Shown here: piece after piece, positions 15,501-22,300 of the stretch | How positions within the stretch are numbered: position 1 is the stretch's first letter | Layout of the letters: each line of letters begins with the position of its first letter | Virus record (IMG/VR): IMGVR_UViG_3300031774_000140 | Location: 1-25,179 of that record | Origin: a virus | Taxonomy: Duplodnaviria; Caudoviricetes | DNA: 25,179 bases | Reading direction: 5' to 3' (one strand) | The notes under the pieces: model-generated | What the model was told of the DNA's origin: nothing | Database searches by the model: none | What the model saw: the letters and a program-made list of their open reading frames with translations, nothing else | Position numbers and translations under genes: made by a program

Positions 15501-16498
15501 CTTTTCTCAGCCTCTTCTGCTAGATTCCTGTCATCCTGACCAGACCGAACCGCCCATCTGCTAAACATATTGTCCTCACCGAAAACAGAAGCGACGGCAT
15601 CGCCTAACAAAAAATTAGCACCAGCCATTGCTTCGTGCCACGCCCTTGCTACCGAAGTCCCCGTGCCTGAAAAAGCACCGCCCTTCAGGACATCATAACC
15701 ACCAATATATGTATCCTCATTAAGGTCTACAGCTATGTTGTATTCATCAAATAAGTACCTTTCGTAGTCGCTTATTTTCTGAGGGTCGTCTTGAATTTCT
15801 TGTGGGAGTAACTCCCTTACGGCTTGTGCGTTTTCCCTAGCGGCAGCACTACCAATATCCTTTATAGCGTCTGCCATTGGGACCGACAGTGACTCTCTTT
15901 CTAGGACACCCTCACCCTCAAACTCTGCACGGCCAGTCATATGCCTAAAGACCCTCTCATCAGAGGAACCCACTACATATCTACTAACCTCATAGTCAGA
16001 ATCCTCCTCAATCATGTAGTAGTCAACAATATCTGACTTAGCCTCTAGCCTTTCAGCCTCAGAATCAGCTGTGTCAAACGCCGTGATTAGCTCTCGTTGA
16101 GCATCATTGGCTGAACCCTCGTAATCTAGTATCTGCTTGTACTTATCTACGTCAAATCGGTCATATAAAACCGAAGTGTATGAGTTAGAAAAGTTAGACG
16201 CTAATAAGTCAAGAGCGTCAGCCTCATATTGAGGGACTCTCTTGTTACCAATCAGTGGTCTTTGAAGTACATCCGAAAGTGTAGGCTCTTCGCCTCCCCC
16301 CAAAGTTGAACTCTGCTTTGAACCCAACGAATCCTCCTCCGAAGTGGACGGAAAAGTCGCAATAAGAGGTCGGGCAATCTGTTCGGACGGTTCTTTTTTT
16401 TTTAACCCGTAGTATTCATCCATAATACTACGAATCTCTTTCATAGAGGCTCCTCGCGAACGAGCTTCATCCAAAAGTTCCTTCAGTTCTGGGTTCAT
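6530..16498 (-). CDS. Giant (3322 aa) polyvalent virion/ejection protein with zincin metallopeptidase, GNAT-like and uncharacterised domains
   Basis: Uninterrupted 9969-nt ORF in the cargo-gene position after ring and muzzle. Gly/Ala-rich hydrophobic N-terminal third, HEAFH (aa 867-871) with downstream EEF, globular alpha/beta modules at aa ~1030-1890, long helical C-terminal half. Confidence 0.85.
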   Translation of the reverse strand: MNPELKELLDEARSRGASMKEIRSIMDEYYGLKKKEPSEQIARPLIATFPSTSEEDSLGSKQSSTLGGGEEPTLSDVLQRPLIGNKRVPQYEADALDLLASNFSNSYTSVLYDRFDVDKYKQILDYEGSANDAQRELITAFDTADSEAERLEAKSDIVDYYMIEEDSDYEVSRYVVGSSDERVFRHMTGRAEFEGEGVLERESLSVPMADAIKDIGSAAARENAQAVRELLPQEIQDDPQKISDYERYLFDEYNIAVDLNEDTYIGGYDVLKGGAFSGTGTSVARAWHEAMAGANFLLGDAVASVFGEDNMFSRWAVRSGQDDRNLAEEAEKRLPFSLQSYATRTEQLFGKTFTEFTGIGSGVDEDETTTANMGSWVNENLRMFGESVPMMGAALAAGVVTRGRSTRGMGIGRKFSKLKGADKVAAGRKIIEANKDLNAVRSTNLLGKSQKTTTSARIAKQAGKAQNRGALTATTAMGMASTYNSVRDESWFQEMDGFEKAGYTSAMGFLEGAPAFVGAAIATNVLRTAGKRSVESFAKGLIKSVFAGATEEAITEGVTAAGQYYINSIANPNVEFSQAGLWEATKEGIYAGAFLGAGVAGAANLPAGIRAAAMSATSIPGLRDSIEIKKLAREYDVAESQALRKEIGEKLNAAVMKAWDKKLGRSKFYEQLQESNPEAFNSLEEIQKKIAKLGIDHSRSESESERGTLKGQLTALIDERTKKEAELGLEYDLNSSSEVGRILRGVSKIDERYNGYGEIFQGEGDSVTVTGENVDAVLDAINGTTLDGVRQIEDKTFKSGAQMRRAMANVMTVVKALSKTGKLDGVVIHKTESSFQDAAGEVARGMWTGKGKIHIYAPAVLENTGFHEAFHDLVLESIGVEAVTGLAEKLFANLSGELRPKYVEFLKKYGAAGNIRKAILNNPAVAEEFLVELLADITTGGLEATVKRGLVNSLKSFINTSLNKIPNVNVDFTDVDPKQQDLVTAIQKMTGQLASGEAVTGTQDVREAATRAGYNAMMVELDDMSSKAQGINARMRDVEEVNDAAQFSTAMSDAIRRMRDMGKLMALQVTPLSEEEAQEILDGGGKLFMTKDGLAGAYVNKDGYMGGLFKNPDSQLKAVSYPLQIIRGREGGKFYDAFATDLERQYVNNGWRPVARLDFNPEFAPDGWDSESSPLKDQPDVVFFVKGDGNIGDGIRMSDYMEAYNYAEGKANGKAQALVIKSLEDKPGRESFLSTEGVTEEQLEKRREELKLDESQRQKRSPKVVDALKNYVSQEINQDQYIQVVREESPITPFVSVPAVPTTMDIGAALTSNKVESGIIGVNKEIPENYYVGLRLDIPAYDNYDVWVVSVHQGARGEERTPNLGGKSIGYAQTALATNVEFQSIAKGALNIALEKGKTTIARMFGDWNNHDPQGLRDRAEDIMASEEYNKSELGEGKLEGWIQVGMNPFRHSWFYDKRDGKPIVSASEVIQIGALVLAKNAEKVAVSDERFNVINKDGSAVKFQKVLPGQAGLPTSQTFSNKAQKFGSFSNRYSKDDKEFKKLMSKSVKHDADVYELLAGRTVVTSSPDNLMVGDVYFENELIFTGGGGVFYPVRTGNVWAVAKPKEAKEMVDKINAMRKKSPDGKVFFTLISGTQEKLFSNTGALKASEIILRKLVEQGVMPESVFNKLLIKSFKQTFPKKKPIRIDGSFSDVSERILAYMGDVNESTFGKRKYYTDRLFVNMRDALKENEEARLAIQKLLASEVIGKNQGGSIPKGVVSKMLTERFLQGVPQGMIYAAVEIDSDLSFAMEPESSPIFPAALFQVDEQGNKKNPTLHLFKDKEPAEDILTTERGFEKQPFIDKFSNKYEGRFRQDGSPKDPLKAAESAWYALLGMRNQAFGTGKVKPKAQAIVAQESKAQGSFLKQVSQLIDQKYPSPIVNRDKRRKNPVTGLDETSQLDAFAHTKAEVIKTLVDMGFSKEGSEMMFKQAVAYKQGRTQGKKEGMRVASKNAADAKKLSTKARNLKKSLEEIRDKSSTFNEFLAKAIELIDARMKENSKTPFTRGQVKSIVKFIRQAHKTSAKKAQSEGLDSMQSFIDKISVIFDSRDAKAEMEKYLKGIKYAQSLQKRLKKMAKVKGRGSSPKNVTTYAKIARGLAAINPALLPQKELEGFVATIMETITSMSKSEAVFDKELEAYVGVEYTKSTAEALYNRLSNYSAMEELGRQSLFMARAQSRAIKNGTSVQQEYEKLLKNYERSRLSSSRRAILNFIDENPTAVNPDTGETIALNESNPAHIDIVTGILAEQASTKEELKKDAIINDVLIPRIAANIEKLLEDNHIAEILGIHSVEDLDLDVLRDRLNLLKRHHVINLDYRLDDYIVNDSVYGIGYMHSLVRGNIDLPSSLSKLTRSKGLKSRPNVFLAPFGTINSFLQNLIPTDRITSAKLRVSFGIAQLVGSFAKADFIHSQLTEMISEEIDRISEEGGSVGTRYDRAIAQIYSMARQLPSFEGERGGAEAAWYIELRDSMRRTIDDYIEQKTYPVEEINEFEDAYSYMFNGNETLSEMIARVEGDRSDVTGFVQFVADIHSTLMPQFKNYVERYLGKELEIEENYTAFKVIPETGVKDVDDILSLRLSLQQSLASTSLSHSKKVAGSSFERNPRSLKGKSKIGLDFVAINERTIRENVILSNTIGDVVVANHVINSDAAASLIPNRKSRLDLEKKIMLYVQQDSATVPLAFQPTQTVRGVKFVNPISVLRNAVVVSLFGGFVFQTLKQSQVLWSVAFQTKNPMKSIPYLIQIMSEFMMFNIETLTKKDSKLAMDGGRYKLLQNSPVFQRDYEAGNIDPFTGKLNLDEGGFSKLQRKLTNISLKNLKGTDKIAAVASWFMFYGDALISEGVVDSFEEIDWEAEAATPNSTALSYSDMMVAKDQSASTTREAAEIYAQEKGLNNLGMHIAKNLLIPFARFSINKKRSVSSDWWRMVGADGMSGLIPKNRQDLKVKSEGAVAMLGHSVETAMFHATNKIVLAGLTAYVGALLFGEDDEEAPKKSNTLRDIATQTVIDLSPLPPLSLVDNKAKSFLNRSVWYQLDKAREGDYNLGDDDGYERWVRLNKGVPIFEDGGSWAGPYGDYIDDIVTTVHNLQLPNNKVVTATGAEYYVRPEDKNSMMLHFALKTTLAATQMVGLSSSEVRKLISSLDDLPRDRRLSNEEQLAAYETIAERYGRDLISGEGDERLIKLINQVDNPFDKIRVANSFKSSVKPVIAEQHMRTSYPEQYKVHMRDARKLPKQLKNARDYYAYLRGKKDNMKPKDFEAFKLFLDTYLSLVKPSFYVQERYIESIEE
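16323..16403 (-). other. Candidate programmed frameshift/slippage signal (A10 run plus downstream stem or pseudoknot)
   Basis: TTA AAA AAA AAA GAA at codons 32-36, followed by complementary blocks CCGTCCGAA/TTCGGAGG and GCCCGAC/GTTGGGT in crossing order. Confidence 0.4.
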
Positions 16499-16509
16499 GT
16501 ATAGTCTTT

Positions 16510-18393
16510 TTATTCTTCAAATAGAACCCTTCCAGACTTAATGGAGGGCATATTGCCTTTTGACACCTCATCAAAGATACGCTTTTCCATCTCTATCTTT
16601 TCTCTCAAGTCTAAACCTTCAACTGTATCAGCAATTTCTACCATTACGTCTGACCCCAAAGACCTAGTTACTGATTGCATAGCTCGAAGGTAATTGTTGT
16701 GTCTATCTATGGAGTCCTGTGAAAGGGGTTCTATGTCAAGACTTAATTTTGTGTTGTTTTCTGCGTCACTAAGAAATTGAGCACCGCTTCTCTTGTTCTT
16801 TGAACCTGCTTGAAATTGCTCCATACTAGTCCTGATTTCCTCAAATGCGGGTTGGCCTTTTTGAACGTATATTGATTTAAGGGGCGTACCCTCTATAGAT
16901 AGAATAGCATTTTCAAGAACTCCCGGACCAGTTACAATATCAAACCCCTCTAGGTCTCCGGTCTTGGGGTTAAACGCTAGGTTCTCTACCTCTATCTTTA
17001 TATCTCCATCCAACTCTCCGGTTACGTCTTTTACTTCCTTTCCCTGTTCGTCTAACGTAGACTTTACTACATCACCGCTAATAGTAAACGCATATTTTCT
17101 AGTACCAAGAGAAGCTTTTACTTTTGGCATATCACCAGTTACTTCATACTTTACTCCATCCTCGGTGTATTTGTAAGTGCCCTTACCCATGAACGGTTTA
17201 ATAGGAGTGAATGGTGAAGGAATGTTTTTTAAAGCTTCCTCATCGGCAATACGCTCCTCTTCTAGTAACCTATTAGCCTCTCTGTTTGCGAGAATTCTGT
17301 CCTGCTCATCTTGAACTACTATTTGTTGGAACGCTCTGTTAGCTGTCTGCTCGGCGTACTCCTTGAAAGCTAATCTTTTGTCAATTGCTTCACGGAACCC
17401 TACCTCTTTTAACTCGTCGTCTGTTACATCAAATACATACTCTCCATCAGTATTGATTCCACCAGCAGTCAGGGTTGAACCTGCTTTATCTCCGACAGGA
17501 TATTGAGTGTCTAATAGCTCAGACTGGGTGTAGTATTTTTGTGCGTCTGCAAAGTCCGACTCAGTCAATTGAGTTTTACCGGGAGTACGTAATGTCTTCT
17601 GACCCACAGCTTGTATGGCTTCCATTAACTCAGGCCCCCTTAAGCTTACCCTAGCCTTAAACTCTTTGTTAAATAAATCTATCGCTGCATTCATATCAAC
17701 CCTACCTGTAGCAAACCCTGTTTCAGGGTCTCTACCTTGAAGGCTTTCTAACTTTGGCTGCAAAAGATTAGAGTATATATCATCTCCAACTTTCTCTGGC
17801 ATATACTCAGTACCAGTCCAAAGCATCTTAGGAACATATACATCGTTAAGGTCACCGATATTACTTGATTGCCAAGGGACAAACTGATTGCCAACACCCA
17901 CCATCAAGCTAGATGTTTCTTCATTCCAAATGTAAGAAGCTTGATTGCTGTCCCTATACAAAGCTAGATTATCCTCAACACTTCCAGACATTCCGGGTAT
18001 TTGCTGGTTCACTATGTTAACCATAGTCTGGCTATCCATTGCGCTTTTAGCAGATGCGACATTTTTAAACTCAGTAAACTCTCTCTTCAACTTAACGTAG
18101 TCATCCACGTCAGAAGACTTGCCTGTCCTTTGAGCTGTGATAGCTGCTTCTTGATACTTCTCTAAAAGAATCTGAGCACCTGCTTGGTATTTCTCAGTTA
18201 GTCCTGTTGGAGATGATTCAGAAAGGGCTTTAGAAAAACCCATGTTTGCGTTTAACTGAGCCTTCCTTCTGCTATCTGCATCCGCTAAGTCTTGCAGGTT
18301 ATCAGCTATACGTTCACCAAAGGCGCGACCCATATCTGAGTAGCTAACCTGAGAAGGCAAAAACCCTGTCTTAAATCTAATTCCTTCGGCCAT
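16510..18393 (-). CDS. Hypothetical protein, probable internal virion/ejection protein (627 aa)
   Basis: Long ORF, TAATG-coupled to the upstream gene; helical N-terminus; lies between the pilot-like and giant proteins. Function inferred from position only. Confidence 0.7.
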   Translation of the reverse strand: MAEGIRFKTGFLPSQVSYSDMGRAFGERIADNLQDLADADSRRKAQLNANMGFSKALSESSPTGLTEKYQAGAQILLEKYQEAAITAQRTGKSSDVDDYVKLKREFTEFKNVASAKSAMDSQTMVNIVNQQIPGMSGSVEDNLALYRDSNQASYIWNEETSSLMVGVGNQFVPWQSSNIGDLNDVYVPKMLWTGTEYMPEKVGDDIYSNLLQPKLESLQGRDPETGFATGRVDMNAAIDLFNKEFKARVSLRGPELMEAIQAVGQKTLRTPGKTQLTESDFADAQKYYTQSELLDTQYPVGDKAGSTLTAGGINTDGEYVFDVTDDELKEVGFREAIDKRLAFKEYAEQTANRAFQQIVVQDEQDRILANREANRLLEEERIADEEALKNIPSPFTPIKPFMGKGTYKYTEDGVKYEVTGDMPKVKASLGTRKYAFTISGDVVKSTLDEQGKEVKDVTGELDGDIKIEVENLAFNPKTGDLEGFDIVTGPGVLENAILSIEGTPLKSIYVQKGQPAFEEIRTSMEQFQAGSKNKRSGAQFLSDAENNTKLSLDIEPLSQDSIDRHNNYLRAMQSVTRSLGSDVMVEIADTVEGLDLREKIEMEKRIFDEVSKGNMPSIKSGRVLFEE

Positions 18394-19358
18394 TACTTAT
18401 CTGCTTTTTCAAATCTTTTAACCAAGCTACCAACGAATTTGTGTAGCTCACCTTTACCATTCCCAACTAATTGTTTTAATTTCTGTGCGTCCTTAGGGGC
18501 AATAACATATTCGCCACCAGTAAGAGCTATGCCTACATCCCTTCCGTCTTCATCAACCACGTACATTTCATTAGTGTCGTGATTAAATTCACCCGGAGTC
18601 TTTTGAACTTTTATGCCCTTTTCAGCATAACTTCCCCCGTAATTAAAGTCTTGGTTTGTGCGATACTGGATTGGAGGAAGATAATCACCTTCTTGGCCCG
18701 CGCCAGTCTTCGGGGGTTTTCCATTAGGCTTAGATTTGCCATCAAACATTCCAGCAGCAGCCATACCCAAACCAGCTGTAGCCAGCCCACCAACAGCACT
18801 AGCAATTCCGCCTGACATCTGCTGTCTTGCTTGGGCTAGCTGAGCTTCAGACAAAGCCTTTGCGTCATACCCATACTCCAAGTCTCTGTTTGAACGTGTT
18901 TCACGAAGGCCAATTTCTCTTTCTCTTGCGTTAGCAAGGTTAGTTAAGGCTTGAGTTTGAAGCTGTTGTTGATTCATCGCCTCTTGTCTTAGCTGACCCT
19001 GAGCTTGCTGCTGAGCCTGCATGACGGCACCAAGTCCCCTTGAGCCATACTGTTGTGCAGCTTGCGTAGTGGTGGCAAGAGAACGATTGATGTCTTCATT
19101 CCTCATCGATAGCAACCTCTGGTCATAAGCATTCTTAACAGCGTCGTAATACTCTGTAGGTGTAGATAAGGAGGGTTGGGAAGCTTTAAGGTTTTCAAGA
19201 TTCTCATTGGCCTTGTCAAGAGCTTCTTGACCTCTCTTCTTTCCTGCCGCCCCAGCAAATATGTCTATCACCCCACCGACAGTTCCGCCGACAACTTGTG
19301 CCCCAACTCCAGCTAGTGATGATGCTCCTTGTAAATCTAAGTCTTCTAATCCAGCCAT
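18393..19358 (-). CDS. Probable ejection/DNA-pilot-like cargo protein (321 aa)
   Basis: Gly/Ala-rich hydrophobic N-terminus, Gln/Ala-rich coiled coil, second Gly/Ala hydrophobic stretch, small C-terminal domain TPGEFNHDTN...LTGGEYVI; directly after the muzzle gene. Confidence 0.7.
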   Translation of the reverse strand: MAGLEDLDLQGASSLAGVGAQVVGGTVGGVIDIFAGAAGKKRGQEALDKANENLENLKASQPSLSTPTEYYDAVKNAYDQRLLSMRNEDINRSLATTTQAAQQYGSRGLGAVMQAQQQAQGQLRQEAMNQQQLQTQALTNLANAREREIGLRETRSNRDLEYGYDAKALSEAQLAQARQQMSGGIASAVGGLATAGLGMAAAGMFDGKSKPNGKPPKTGAGQEGDYLPPIQYRTNQDFNYGGSYAEKGIKVQKTPGEFNHDTNEMYVVDEDGRDVGIALTGGEYVIAPKDAQKLKQLVGNGKGELHKFVGSLVKRFEKADK

Positions 19359-19362
19359 ATTG

Positions 19363-19370
19363 CAAATTTA
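19363..19370 (-). promoter_or_regulatory. Bacteroidota sigma-A -7 element TAAATTTG
   Basis: Exact TAnnTTTG match formed from the muzzle stop codon, followed by CAAT and the ATG at 19358. No clear -33 TTTG seen. Confidence 0.55.
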
Positions 19371-22300
19371 GTTTGTTTCTGAGTTATCTAGTGCTGACGG
19401 TGTATATATTGCATTGACAGCATATAGTTCTTTCTCAGCTGTGTTGTCGTTTGTCAGTTTGAATTTTGCGTAGTAGTCTCTCATCTGCTCACCGTTAATC
19501 ACGTCTGATGATACAGCAACAAGAGTATTGCCAATCTGTCCAATGGCAGCCCCCGAAAACTTTAATTTATTTCTACCTAAAACAGCAGTAATTGTCAATC
19601 CTAGATTTTGCTCACCGCTTCCCGATATAACTTTTACCGAATCACCAATTCCAAAAGGTAGGTTACTTACCCTCCCCGTAAACGTCACCTCTAAAAAGTT
19701 TTCGGAAAGAGATGCCACCTCACCCAATACCACCCTCTCTGTTCCTACGGAATCATTAGAATCCGCTGCAACATCTTTTGGGATATTAGTGTAATAGATG
19801 CCCTCCTTCTCTTCATACATAGCCTCTGGTATTGAGGTAGTCTGATTGTTATTCGTTACAACACCAGCCCAAGTATCGTTACCCTCAAGGCTTATTGCGT
19901 TGTAAACTTTTACAGATGAAGGGTTCTTCTTAGAGACAACCTCAACCTCTGAGTTTCCTTGAACACCGTAAAAATTGTTTCTAGTTTCATTGACATTATG
20001 TCTGTAAATCTGACCGCCTTCAAACGAAAAGAATCTATTATGAAGTGATGAGTACAGCTCGGGGTTAAAAGAGTAGAAGCTCAGCCAAAAGTTCTTATCC
20101 GTACCGTAAGCTAGTGTCTTTCCATCATCGTCAACGCCATCTGTGATACTAATAGTTTTAGAAGTATCAGACGAATTTCCTTTTTCTACTATAGTGGTGG
20201 AAAATATTATACTCCCATCAGCCATATTCATTTTAGCAACACCTCGATACTTACCGTCTGATGTAATTACATCTGCTTTAAAGTCTGAAGTGCTTGCACT
20301 CTTGTCTGGACTCACAAAAGATGAACCCCTTTCAGTTAGCTTGTCGATAACCACTAGGGCATTTCCTACAGAATCCCATTCAGGAAGAAATGAATCTGGA
20401 GTTATGTTTGTGTCATCCCACTTAATTGGGTCTGTTGACCAAGACAGCATATTAGAACCACCGACAACAGGTTTTATCTTACCTGAAGCACCAGAAACCT
20501 TAGCATTAGTTGGAGGCTTAGGAATGCTTCCAACATTTAAAGTGTCAATAACAATTTCATTTACGTCTTGACCTTCAACCGTGACTATGAACTCATCGTT
20601 TTCTGGGTCAATTCCACAAGGAATCCTTGGAACAGAATCTCTTAGCAATAGGTTGGCAAATAATTTTTCAAAGAACGATGACATCTTGACATCGCTTATG
20701 GGTTGAATACCTTTGGATGACAGGGAAAAAACCTTACCGGCATCCATATCACAAAAGTATGTTACCCCAAATCTATCTACCACAGACTCAGGATTTAACC
20801 CCGGTCCAAAACTTCCCGCAAAGTAAGTCTCAACTCCTAATACGTTAGTGCTAGTTACTAGCATTCCATCCTCACCTGCCGATTGAATAAGCGTCCTATC
20901 TACTGGTGTGCTGCTAATCTTTTTATCCTGCATAACAAGAAGCGATTCACCCTTATCAATTATCGAACATATAGAACCGTTAATAGAGTTGTAATCTTTA
21001 TAGGAAAACAATAGAGGGTTGAACGTGGAAAGATTTAATACGTTAGAATCAGAAACAAAGGGTGCGCTATATGTGATAGCTGTTGACCTGCGGATTTCTT
21101 CTTGGTCTGGTGTTTCTATAAATGGCCTTCCAATCGATATAGCTTTTGAATCAAAGTAATCGCTAACAGCCTCATCCTCTACAACAAATTTTCTGTAAAT
21201 CTGATTGTCAGGTATAGTCGGGTCGTATTTAAAAACAATGTCTTGACCATCTGGCGAGTAGTCAGTATTAGAATTCCCTAATTGTTCTCTTACTCTTAAG
21301 TAGACATCACCCTTGGTGAGCGTAACCACACCCTTATGAATACTATTCGCGCTTCCAACAGTATCATCTATAACGCAGGGGAATATAGCTCCGTCTGAAA
21401 CATTTGAATCGGTGAACGGTTGTGCCGAATTTACGCTATACCTGTACGCCCCATTAGAGATTGGAACTATACCTTCTATGAAAACATGCTCCCCAGAACC
21501 TGAACCTATTATAAGCTTATCCCCTAAATACAACCTTGTAGTGGATGTGAAAACAGTAGGGCTTAATACCTGAATAGTAACCGCAGGGCTTACTGAATTC
21601 GAGCGGTCACCCGCATGAGTTCTTACACCGCCAACCTCTAAAATATCATACTGCTTCTCAATCTCGTAGTAAACCCTAGACTCTTCCTCAACACCCCTCT
21701 TAGGTCTACATATCTCTACCAAACAGTTTTGAGAAAAGAAGTCTTTTCCTATCAATATATCACCCCTCTTAAAGTTAGAGATGTTATTATCCCTGATAGT
21801 CAAATACCAACCAGTCCTCCTATAGTTAGTCTCGTCTTCATCCGGGGAGTTTTGAGAAAGTTTTATAGGGTTCTCATCATTGTCAGTATAGAACTTGTAT
21901 GAGGTTATTTTAAACTCGTGAAGAGGTCTCTGTATATTACCCTCTAAATCTTCGTACTGAAGAATTCTTAGTATGTCGCCTTCTTTATACTCGTAAGATT
22001 TGTTTGCCCCCTTAAAGTCTTTATAGGAATTAGACTTTCCTTCTAACCCACGAAGGGAAATGAATATTTGCCCGTTGATGCCGCCCTCCAAGCCAGCCAA
22101 TACAGGTCTGGTTTTTTCACCGTCATTAGAACGGATGTCCTTAAATGTTGTTTGCTTGCCGGTTGCAGCTTCATTAACTAAGACCTGAAGAACCTCATCA
22201 TAAGATGTGTTTTTAGAATATACGGGAGCCCATTTAGTTGCCCAACTTGGAGGCTCGTGTAATAACCTGAAGTCTATTTCTGTTCTACCATCATTACCTC

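Noticed and set aside
16140-16170. YDRFDVDK resembling the crAss RNA polymerase DFDID motif (also DLDLD near 9490-9505)
   Set aside because: The first lacks DxDxD spacing and lies at aa ~112; the second is in a helical region with no double-psi barrel context.
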